Under the pieces are notes generated by a model. That model was not told where the DNA came from. It worked only from the letters and a program-made list of their open reading frames with translations, and ran no database searches. A stretch of DNA of 63,305 nt, the filler included, from Kipferlia bialata (Eukaryota): NCBI GenBank assembly GCA_003568945.1. It is 4 parts of 4 records of this genome, joined end to end, with 100 filler letters (N's around TTAATTAATTAA, not from the genome) between each part and the next. Parts side by side here need not be neighbours in the genome. Positions count along the whole stretch, not along the records: positions 42,221 to 59,651 come from BDIP01000249.1; positions 59,752 to 63,305 come from BDIP01000329.1; 2 more parts are not named here. One strand, 5' to 3'. This document shows positions 52,406 through 63,305 of the stretch, piece after piece. The position numbers and the translations under genes are program-made. The first letter of the stretch is position 1, and every line of letters begins with the position of its first letter.

Positions 52406-52964
52406 GTGACCACGCATGTCGGTATATATGATATAGTGAGTGCTGACAGAAAGTGAGGGAGAGACCTCTTGGCGCTAGAGTAAGAGGCGGGGAGAGAGTG
52501 CGAGAGAACGTGAGAGATACGTAGAGGCCACGTACGAGGACAAGGTAGATGTGCCGGATAACGGGTAACGGAACAGCTGTAACTGTGCCACAAGAGACAC
52601 CGATATATAAATATGTGACACACTGAATAGAGTGAACAATTGAATTGGCAAATCCAATGGCACGGATGACACAAGCCTTAACCTTTAGATCTACCCCTTC
52701 CTTCCAGGGGGTGCATCACCATGTTTGTGTTCTCCCTCCTGGGCATCTGTCTGGGTGTGGCTGTGCTGGTGTACCTGTCATACAATGGAGTGAGCACAGT
52801 GGTGGCATCCATTCTGGCAGGTGGTGTGGCATTAATATATGAATGGATATCATGGGCTATTCATATCTGTATCCTTAGTGGGGCCTCTTAATATGTATAT
52901 ATACCTAGTAATGTACATACTTATGTTCGTTGACCCCCCCCCCCCCCCCCCCCCCTCCCCCCAG

Positions 52965-55115
52965 TCTGTTTGACCTGTATGTCGCTGTGTGTCGGTCTGC
53001 TGGCGACACCTCTGAGGGTCACACCGACAGGGAGGACGGAGAGGCCGAGGACTCTGTGAACCCAGGGCCCTTCCTGGTCTTCCTGTACCTGGTGAGCCTG
53101 TCTGCCCGGTCTGGCAGGCAGTACCAGGAGGAGAAGTGGATGGTGGACAGGCAGCAGTCCGTGCCGGGGTCCCCCCAGTCAGTGTCCTCTCCCTCCCTGG
53201 GCGCTGGCGCCAGCCCTGTCGCTGCCAACGCCAACGCCAGTCTGGCTGGGGTGGGCCAGGGGTCTCTCTCCCCCCTGTCCAGTCCCGTTGCCGGTATGAC
53301 ATCCCCACAGCAGAGCGGTGCCAACGCGTCCTCTGTCAGTGGCGGTCTGTCCCCCTCTCTGTCCCCTGCCGCCCCCCAGTCTCAGGTGCCCTATGGGGGT
53401 AGCCCTGGCCTTGTGAACAGGGGGACCAGCAGGTGGGCATGCATGCACACTCATATATATTGGCTCGAGTGTACATACATGTGGGTACTTGTGATCCAGT
53501 GTTAGTTCTGGCTGACACTGACTGACTTACCCCAGGTTCGGTCCCTCCTACCTCCGGCACTTCAGACAGCACCTTCCATCCCTGCTGGCCTGTCTCTCTA
53601 TCCTGGAGGGGAGGTACGACACGCATATATGGGTGTCACTCCATATATGATACAGTGCTTTGATGTTCAGTGTGTATGTGTGTTCTGGTTATCTTCTGTT
53701 ACTGTTACTGATACTGATACTGATACCCCCAGTGCCCCGGAGACAGGTGCCGAGCCCCAGCAGGATGTGGACCCCGACTCCATCGATGGAGAGTCCCTCA
53801 CCCTGTCCTCCCTCTCCGCCCTGGGCGTTGTACTATCGTGCCCCCCCACCCTGTCTGGCCCTACAGGTCTGGCTGCCTGTGCCGACCTCATCGATGGCCA
53901 CCTGAGCATGGCACTGTCTACCAGGGACGGGGACACGCCCTCCCACCCAGCAGCACCTGACCAGGCCGGTGTCGCAGGCCCTGCCTCCCCCTCCCCCTCC
54001 CCCTCTCTGTCTGGCGACGCCTCAGGGGTACACCGTATCCAGAGGCTCACCAAGAAGACCCAGCTCCACAACGTGCGTGGCAGTGCCCGCCCCCCTGCCC
54101 TCCACCTCGAGGCATGCCGGGACTGTTCCATCTATGTGCTAGGCCCTGTTGGCAGTGTGGTGGTCACGGGGTGTCAGAGGGTGCGGTTGGTGCTGGGGTG
54201 TGTGGCGGGTGTGCTGGTGGTGTCGCAGTGCTCGGGGGTCGAGGTGTCTGCCTGCTGCTACCTGGCCAGGGTTGATGCATCCCCCTCCGTCTCTCTCCAC
54301 GTGGCCTGTGTCACTAGACCCCTTGTGCTCAGTGGGTCATGCTTCGACGTGAGGATAGGGCCCTATGACCACGCCTACCCAGGCCTCAGGGCTGACCTTG
54401 ACCAGACCGGGCTGGGTATGCTCAATGCAGGGTGTGACGCCTTCTCAGACCCTGTGCTCATAGGCAGACTCGGCCAGACCCAGACCCAGGCCGGCATGGG
54501 ATCCCCAGGACCCTCGGGCCAGGCCTCTGTCCCACCCGGCGTGTCCTCCCCTGGTGCTGCCTCGCCTCCCCCTGCCTCTCCCAAGACACCTGGGAAGGGG
54601 GCATCCCCTCTGTCGCGGCCTGTGGCTGTGATACCCCCTGAGGCCTTCACGCCCTACTCCTTTGCGTTCCCCGACCCCCTCTCCCTCCCCCTCACCAGGG
54701 ACATGGCCCCGCTCTCCTACAGACAGAGCGTGGCGGACAGGGTCCAGACAGCATCGGAGGCACTGCACACATGCCTCAGCGGGGTGGACCCATCCCTCCA
54801 GCCAACGGTACAGGCAGAGATCCGGCATCTGTTTGTGTCCTATCTGTCCAGGGGCAAGAGGAGAGGTACGCGAAACACTTGATCCTTGACATTCATTCGA
54901 TTTCGTGACATACGGTTGTTATTCTGTGTTTGCATGAAATATGTAGTCAATGGTATTTGCAAATACTGCTTGTCTTCCCCCTTTGTATCCTTCCCACCCT
55001 AGATCTGCTGCGGGAGGTGTCAGAGCTGAGCCACGCCGCCTGCATCGGACAGGACAGAGACAGAGACAGAGACAGAGAGGTGCAGCCCAGGGCTGAGGCT
55101 GAGGCTGAGACATGA
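52965..55115 (+). CDS. TBCCD1: TBCC-domain protein TBCCD1/ASQ2-like; N-terminus missing
   Basis: PFLVFLYL motif, TBCC/CARP beta-helix (LHLEACRDCSIYVLGPVGSVVVTGCQRVRLVLG...TRPLVL...IGPYDHAYPGL), then IPPEAFTPY, PLSY...DR and EIRHLFVSYL as in TBCCD1. Last exon 55003-55115. Confidence 0.8.
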
Positions 55116-55517
55116 GTGTCTAGGCAGATGCCCCCAGAGGCACACAGGGTGTATGGGCCTGGTTGGCATAGATAGATGTACATCATACTAGAAGAGAGGA
55201 CAAGTTCAAAGTGAGCCTAGGGAAAGAGAGCGGGGTTCGTTGAATGGGTGTTTCAAGGGACTTTTTTTTTGCCACGACTCAATCAGCCTGAGTCTCTAAT
55301 AGATACCATGTCTAATTGAAATGCCCACACTGGGCCAATATACTCATATCGCGCCGACACCAAGAATTAACACTACCATTTATAATGACAACACACGATA
55401 ACAAAGGAGTAGCACTAACAACCAGTCAATCATAACCACAGAAAGTAAGCCTTTCCGACAGAAGGGGGGGTGTATTTGTGCAGCAAACACTAAACATACA
55501 CATTACATGGGATTGAC

Positions 55518-58500
55518 TCAGTCCTCGTCCTCGTCCTCCGCCTCGATGTCCCCCCCTGCCCCTGCCTCGGGGTCTGTGGTCACCAGCCTCAGGGCATCGG
55601 CCTCGTCAACCTGGCGTCAGGGCATGCACCAGCAGCACAAACTATATTACACACACATATATAAGATCATACATAAAAACACACACTCACCACGCTGATG
55701 CGGGAGGCCTGGCCGTGCTGCTGCACCAGATACCGGTTGGTGGCGGCCCTCACCATCTCGGGTCTGAACGAGGTGGCGATGATCTGGATGTGGCTCTCCT
55801 CACACATCCGGTCCAGCTCGGCAGCCAGGGTCACACGGTACTGCTCGTCCAGGGCAGCGTCGACCTCGTCCAGCAGAAGGAAGGGCGAGGGGGACGTGGC
55901 CTGGAGGGCTAGGACGAGTGACAGTGCCACCACTGTGCGCTGACCCCCAGACAGACGGGCCAGGTAGCTGTCCCGGGCCCTCTCCCCCTGGCCCCTCTCC
56001 AGACCGGGGAAGCTGACGTCAGGCACAAGCCCGTCTGCCTCGCCTAGGCTCTCTGTCGGCACCCCTGCCCTCACTGGCACCAGGGACCCCGGCACCCCTG
56101 CTATGGTCTCAAACACCCTGGAGAACTGGGCCCTGACCCTGTCCACTGCAGATACCAGGGCCTCTGCTCTGCGGGTGTCGAGGTCTCCCATGAGGTCCTG
56201 GATGGCCCCCTCGCCCTGGGCCACCTCGGCCCTCTGTCTGTACAGGGCCTTCCTCTGCCCCTCAAAGTGGCCCACGAGGTCCTGGGCCTTCCTGTTGACG
56301 TGGGTCAGCTTGGAGATGTTTCTGTTGTACCCTGCGATGCGAGATACCAGGTCCCTGTTGGACAGGTTGGACAGGGTCTCTGCCTCCTTGGCAGACAGGT
56401 CAGGGCCCTGCACCCCTAGGGCCTGGAGGGACTCCTCAGCCTGGGGGTGAGGGGGGGGGGGGGTCAGGGTGTGACGGGGGATGAACCCTTGGGTATACAG
56501 ATATGCACCTGGGTCACGTGGAGGGATGCCTGGTTGAGGGCTGCCTGGATCGATGCTGCTCTGTTCGATGCCCTCTCGGCCGTGTCAGACTGCTCGTCCC
56601 TTAGGGTGCGCAGGTGGCGCAGCTCCCTGTCGAGGCGGTCCTTCTCCACCTGGCCATCAGCAGCAGCAGCAGTAGCAGTATCTAAATAGAGTGATCACTA
56701 GCAGTATCACAACAGAGTGTTGGTACACTACATATGTATATATCACAAAACTTCCCATCAGACACCCATCTCCCCCTCACCTGCGCTCTGTCGGCCTCGT
56801 CGTCTGCCGCTCCCAGGGCCTGTGCGGCCTGGTCTGCTGCACCCTTAAGTGCCGCAGCACGCTCCTTCAGCACAGCGAGGTGGTCCTGCGTCATACCGCT
56901 AGGGCCGGCGCTCCCCTGGGACTGGGAGAGACCTGGTCCCCCCTCTGCCTCTGCCTCCACGCGTCTGATCTGGGCCAGACACAGGGCCCTGTCCCCCTCC
57001 AGGCCCTCCACCTTGGCCATGCTCTGCTCCTCAGCATCAGTGGCGGCATCCAGGGCAGCCCGGGCCTGGCCCACATCGACCTCACCCTCTCCCAGCAGCA
57101 CCTGCTCTAGGGCGTCGGCCCTTGTCACAAGGCGGGTGGCCTCGGCAGTGGCACCTGCTATGTCCTCCTGCATATCGGACAGCCGTCCCTCCAGGGCATG
57201 CACCTGGGCCTGGCACTCAGAGTATGCACGGCCTGCCCTGTCCCTCGCCTCGCGGCACAGACCCAGCTCGGTGTCCAGCCTCTGGTGGTGCTGGGCAGCG
57301 GCGGTGGCCTCCTGGTCGAGCTTCTTCACATTCACAGCACCCTCGCTGACTGCGGCCCCTGCTGCGTCGAGCTTGGCTCTCTCCTCCCCCAGCCTCTCTG
57401 CCGCCTTCATCCTCTTGGAGGCCTGGTACCGGTACCCACCAGTCACAGTGCCCTGGGACCGCACCACATCTCCCTCCAGCGTCACTGCGTCACACTGGTG
57501 GGCCTCCGTCACCCTGGCCGCCTTGGGGATGTCTCGTGCCAGCAGACACTGTCCAAACAGGTGGCGCACGGCAGGCAGGACGCGTGCCGAGCAGGATAAC
57601 TTGTCCAACAGGCCGACAGCGTCCTTCTTGTCGAACCCTGTGGGGGGGTCTGAGGGGTGGAGGTCGTCGAGGGGCAGGAAGGAGATGCGGCCCGGGGCCA
57701 CCCCTCCCAGGATGGCCTGGACCTCGGGGGTGGGTCTGGCCATGGCGGAGTGGATCAGAGACACCAGCTCGGCTGCCACCTCGGCACTCTGGACTATCAC
57801 GTTGTACAGCTGGTTGCCAGTATAGGCCTCCACGGCTGTGTAGAGTCTGGGGTCACACGACACGTGCTCGGCCACTGCCCCGACCACGCCCTGCACCTTG
57901 TGGGTGCTGGCCACGTGCCTCACTAGCCGGATGGCAGAGTGGAGGGGGGGAGGGGCCTGGCCGTACAGGTTGTTCTCTGCCTTGCTGACAGCTGCCGCTC
58001 TCTCCTCCTGTCTGGCCTGGGGTTATAACACTAACAATGCACTATACAGACAGACAGGCCAAAATGAAGTATAAGTATAATACTAATATATGTAGTGCAA
58101 TCACCAACCAGCGGTCAACTCACCTTGTCCTGTGTGAACTTGCCGTATGCTCTCTTCTGGTTGCCCCTGGCCTTGGTCAGATCCTGGTCTGCACCCCGGG
58201 TCTCGGCCTGCTTGGCCTTGAATGCCTTGTCGGCATCTGCCTTGGCCGCCTTGGCCTGGGCTGCCTCGGCCTGGGCCTTCTCCAGGTCGGCCTCTATTGC
58301 CTGGGCCCTGCCGGACAGGGTGTCGGACACGAGGGCAGAACGGTCAGCGGCAGACTGCCTAAGGGCCTGGGCCCTGGCGCCTAGGCCCCCCTCGGCCCCC
58401 CCCTCGGCCGAGTCTGAGTAGGACAGGGCGGTCAGGGTGGCGGTGCACTTGGCCGTGGCCGTCTGCCTCTTGGACAGGATGTCTCTCTGCCTCTTCAGCT

Positions 58501-58953
58501 GGGCCTCCACCTTGGCCAGCTTCTTCCTGGCGGCAGCACCCACGGTCTGCCTCTCCCTCTCCCGCTGGCCCCTCTGCACAAGGGCGTCGGCCTGCTCAGA
58601 GGCGTCTGCCTCAGCCCTCTCGACCTGGGCGGCCTGCCTGTCGGCCTCATCTCTCCTGTGGCGCAGGTCGGCCTGGAGGGTCTCGGTCAGCACCCTGGCA
58701 TAAGTATATAATAACTAGTGTCGTGACTGCAGTACACACACTATGCACACACCGTACCTGCATGAGGCCAGTCTCTCCTGTACCGCTGTCATCTCGTCCT
58801 GTCCTGAGGCCAGCCGGGTCTCGGTCTCCGTCAGTACCGCCAGGCCCTCCTTGGCAGTCACCTCGGCACCCTCCAGCGACTCTCTCTGGGCATCCAGCTC
58901 GGCCTTGGCTGCCTGGTGCCGCCTGGGATTAGGGGGGGGGGGGGGCTTGATAC

Positions 58954-58986
<33 letters not shown>

Positions 58987-59600
58987 ACCCACCTGGTGAA
59001 TAGCACGTGCTCAGTGCTGTACTTCTTGGCCTCCAGGGTCAGCAGCCGCTTGAGCTCGGACTGCTCGCTGCCCAGCTGCTCCAGCCTCTCTGCCACCTCC
59101 TCGATGTGGGCCTCGGCACTCTCTCTCTTCTTCTCGGCCGCAGCCAGCATCTTCTGGGACACCTCCCTCTTGGAGTCGTAGGACTGGGCCCCAGACACCG
59201 AGGCCACCAGGTCCAGGATCTCCTTGGGTCTGAGCTGCGACAGCTGCATGACCAGGCCCTGCCTGACTACAAAGGAGGCGACGCCGGTGGTGGGGAGGCC
59301 CATGGACTCTAGCAGGGTGTGCACCTCGGCTGGGGTCACCTGGGATGAGAGGCAGAGGCAGAGGCAGAGTCAGAGAGGGACACAGTCAATCCGTATAGTA
59401 TAGTATAGTATAGTATAGTATAGTATAGTATATTAGTATATATAGGATACACCCACCTTCTTGCTGTTGACAAAGGAGTCGTCCCTCCTGAGTGACATGA
59501 TGCGGGTCAGGTCGATGGTGTCGCCGTCCTGGCCTGGGACGTCCCCGTCCTTGTTGTCGAACACCACAGTGACACTGGCCTGCACCAGACTAGCACCAGA
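55518..59600 (-). CDS. SMC3: Cohesin subunit SMC3; extreme 5' end lost at the contig break
   Basis: N-head VVFDNKDG, FVVRQG and YDSKR; hinge (GVVGAVAE...YTAVEAYTGNQLYNVIV, GRISFLPL, AVTLEGD...GTVTGGY); C-head LSGGQRTVVAL...PSPFLLLDEVDAALDEQYR...QIIATSFRPE, which is diagnostic of SMC3. Confidence 0.93.
59395..59432. repeat. (TAGTA)n pentanucleotide microsatellite in an SMC3 intron
   Basis: About 7 tandem TAGTA units. Confidence 0.9.
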
Positions 59601-59651
59601 CTGGCGGTAAAGGGGGGGGGGGGGGGGGGGGGCAGCACAGAATTAGAATGA

Positions 59652-59751
59652 NNNNNNNNNNNNNNNNNNNNNNNNNNNNNNNNNNNNNNNNNNNNTTAAT
59701 TAATTAANNNNNNNNNNNNNNNNNNNNNNNNNNNNNNNNNNNNNNNNNNNN
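59652..59751. other. Artificial contig linker
   Basis: N block with a central TTAATTAATTAA. Confidence 0.97.
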
Positions 59752-59823
59752 GGGTGAGGAAAAAAAAATGGGGGGGGGGGGGGGGGGGGGGGGGGGATCG
59801 ACATAGAGATACTAAGGGACTCA

Positions 59824-62800
59824 CCAAGTGTGAAGAATGTCTGTGCCATCTCGTTGAGAGTGGTGGCAACGGCATCGTGGCGCTAGGGGGGTCAGAGGGC
59901 ATCGAGGAGAGAGAGTGAAAGAGTGAGATATGTGCTACCCACCTGTCCATACACTGTGAGGTAGATGGGAACTAGCAGGGACACGGCACCCACAATCACT
60001 GTGGTGGGGAGCCACTGCTGCCTGGGTGAGAGATGGTATGGGAGGAGTATATAGTCTTCAAAGGTCCGACTGGATTCACCCATATGACAACTACACTCTT
60101 ACACCCAACAGACTAACACACACACCCAAACAAGGAACAGCTACCCAATGTTTATCCATGTAACACCAGGTAAGTGCAGGGATTGAGTAAGGTAGGTTGA
60201 GTCAATCAGAGACAGACGAAATTGGGAGTATTCATTCGGATATCCCCTCAGTGAATCCACACACCTGAAGGGTACATCTGGCTTGATGAACATGGCTATA
60301 TCAGGCACCGGAGCACACTACCCGCTATGCCTACAGAGGAGAGACAGTATCGAGAGAGTTCCCTTCAAAGACAGTTTGTGATCTAGGGGTGCAGGGAGAT
60401 AGGGATGGTTCTCAACACTCCGAATGCGTTACCAAGTACTCACTTGTCACTCAATTAATTATGGGAGGGGTCCAGGTATTATATACCCTGCAATTCATAT
60501 GCTTCGGCAAGGGTCTTCTATTACAAGTACCAGACGCTCTAAACACACAACAGAGCCTTCCTATCAGGCTGCATCTCATTACACATTGACTCAGACTCAC
60601 AGGGCGATGGACAGGACGCATCTCTCCCCTGATGTGCCCATAGCAGCCAACTGAAGGGTCAGGAGAGGGTGTGGGGTATATATATATATGTACATGCACG
60701 TGCATACCCACCTCATCTGCGTAACCCTTGACTAGGTTGGACCTGAGGTCACGCCATCTGATGTGTCTGCCTGGGGGTAGGGAGAGACCACACCGTGTCT
60801 AGAGGTTCAAGATCCCAATAGATAGCCAGAGGTATGTATGAGAGATCAGACCCTATACCTGTGTATGGGTGTGTGACGTGTATGCCAGTTGGGTCTGAGG
60901 CCTTCTTGTCAAGCATCACAGACAGAAGCTGGGAGGTCAGAGGGTTACTAAATTCCAGATACAACGTATCATTATCGTCTAGTAGATACATCAGCCTGCC
61001 CACCTCAGTGTTGGTCATGCCCTCATAGGGTGTCTGGTCCAGATTCCAGTCCACAGCCAACACCCAGTCTGAGGGTAAGGCTGGAGGAGAGAGTGCAGTA
61101 ACATACACACACTTCACATGCACACATATGACCCCCCACCTGTGACGCTTCCACTGAGGAATGGTGACTTCAGGCATCCAGAGAGCAGAGTCATAAGGTC
61201 AGGTCTGGGGTGAGTGGGAACTGGCTTCAAGTTCCATTGTCCAAGAAATTTCGAACGTACTCTCTTCTATACTGATCCCCTTACCTCCTCCAGTGAATGA
61301 CCACTATATTCCTCACTGCCCGACAGACAGCAATGTCAACTGGGATTGGAGAGGAGAATGGGGAAAGGAGAGAAGGGGAACACATACACTGGAATAGGGA
61401 TAGATAGCACAATATCCAACAGACACCAACCCCTCTCACCTGCGTCTCTGTCCATCCCCATGACACTCTCCACTAGATACTCAGCCGAGGGTATCTTAAT
61501 GCCCTGGTCCTTGGATGGCAGACGGGATATGGCATCTAGGACATGACTGGGGGGGTTAGTATGGCTATGCAGACACAGTATGCATCTGACACTGGCATGT
61601 GGTGTACTGTATGTCTCCGTTAGTACCTGGGCACTGGCACAGTAACTAGGCAGGGGGAGGACAGGGACAGTCTGTGCTGGGTTCTAGAGACAGACACACT
61701 GTGGTACAGGATAGAGTGCACTGGGGTGAGAGAGGGGTGGCAGGGGTATGGATAGGAGGACTGTGATCATGAAATGGTGTATACATCATATGATAGAGGC
61801 CTACTCACATACAGCAGCCTTGGCAGTTGACAGTCTGCACTCACAGTGGGGGCAACAGACCTTGGAGGTGGTGAACTCACTGTACATAGACTGGGTGAGA
61901 CCGGGCATGATATAGCAGAGGAGTCAATGAGAATATATGTATACCAGGAAGTTTATACATGTGGCTGTATATATAGTATATTGGTATACTAGTGGACGAC
62001 TGTTCATACACCCCACCTTTGGCACCCCCTGTCCGACCCATCAGTATAATACACACACACACATATGTATAGGTGTGTACTCCATATGTATGGTAGCATA
62101 TAACACCCCACCTTTGGCACGACCTGTCTGACCATGTCTGTCAGCCCTATGCCCATGGAGGATACCCGGGCACGAAGGTCACTGATAGTAAGAGGAACAC
62201 AGGAGTGAATAGACCCAGAGAGTCTAAGGCTCTTACTGAGACTCATGCCTCATACCACATACCTAACAACCCCTGTGAAGGAGAATGCCTTGCTGGGCTG
62301 GGTCTGTCCTTCACTGACACAGACACCGGAGAGGGATGACGCTAGGCCAACCTGATACATAAGACACTGTATATGAATGTCCTATCACAATTGTGCGGCT
62401 ATTGTATTGCCAGTCGCACCTCTCTGATCTTTGTGGCCAGGGTCAGTGCGCACACAACATTGAAGTAGGGGTCAAAGGCAGCATACAGCTGGGGTTAGGG
62501 GTGTATGTGTAGCAACGTGTGAAAACACATGACACATAATTATGCTATGGGGCACCCCACCTGCTGTTGATGTGTGAGGGGCCACTTGCCCCAGTTAGAC
62601 ATGGACACCTTCTTGGACTTGGGGGTGGAGTCGCCTGGTGCATTAGCAACTGAGTACAGCGTCATCTACTTATATACACAGTATGTGTCCCTCAATGGGT
62701 ATGCCTCTTATTCTCCTATATTTACATATCGAGGTGTGTGTACATGCATACCTATCCCCAGGGTGGTGCATGCCACACCAACATTGAGGGTGCCCACGCT

Positions 62801-63237
62801 GGAGGTGAGAGGGAGGAGATATATGTGATATGTAAATCGACCTGCTGCACCCACCTCAGTGCCTCGAGTGCATTGTGAATGCATGTCACAGGGGGGAATT
62901 CGACACCAAAGGACTTCGGGTACATGTCACTGGCGGGTTAGTCTCTATATCATAGCAAGTTCTGAATATCTCACACTTAAGATACTATTCAGACTCTTGC
63001 TCACACGTCGTTCAGTCATGTAAACCCCTACCTGTCGCACTTGGGGTCCTTGATCAGAAGGAGAGGTCCATTGACTGGGGTGAGTGATATGCATAAGTGA
63101 TATGCATATATATGTGTCCCAGCAGAGAGTGACGCGGTTCCCCCCCCACCTGCGTCTGGTGCTAACAGCTCTGTGAATATGGGGTTGGTCTTGGCCACAG
63201 CAAACCCATGGTTGATACGGACAAACAGCACAAAGAC
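59824..63237 (-). CDS. Internal part of one or more multi-exon hypothetical genes
   Basis: Series of short minus-strand exons with GT/AG boundaries (e.g. LYAAFDPYFNVVCALTL, VDIAVCRAVRNIVVIHW, DWVLAVDWNLDQTPYEG, WLPTTVIVGAVSLLVPIYLTVYG). No family recognised; both ends are open. Confidence 0.5.
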
Positions 63238-63305
63238 CCTAGTGAGGGTGGAGAGCTAGGGGGTGAGGGGGGGGGGGGGGGGGGGGAAAAATCGGGGGAA
63301 AAACA

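Overview
Intron-rich eukaryotic DNA, probably from a free-living fornicate (Metamonada) such as Kipferlia. This assignment is inference from the branch point lying next to the 3' splice site (CTNAC-Nn-AG), abundant (CT)n/(AT)n/poly-C tracts and an archaeal-type ProRS. The window is four contigs joined by artificial N-TTAATTAATTAA-N linkers (24141-24240, 42121-42220, 59652-59751), so order across linkers means nothing. Recognisable genes are MSH5, an archaeal-type prolyl-tRNA synthetase (3'-truncated), syntaxin-5 (5'-truncated), a giant-exon LRR-Roc-COR (Roco) protein with a degenerate GTPase site, a ubiquitin-like/pentapeptide-repeat protein, an aldo-keto reductase, TBCCD1 and SMC3. There are also several hypothetical genes, including a putative nuclease-fold plus kinase fusion and a possible EDC4-like gene. 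The most notable observations are: (1) Smc3 carries RRD in place of the Eco1-acetylated KKD motif; (2) many introns contain diverged, nested tandem copies of their own exon-intron junctions; (3) intergenic DNA is densely studded with short perfect palindromes centred on one unpaired base; (4) the Roco protein looks like a pseudo-GTPase without a kinase; (5) two apparent gene chimeras sit on poly-C tracts and are probably misassemblies. All gene models were spliced and translated by eye, so exon coordinates are approximate unless given exactly.
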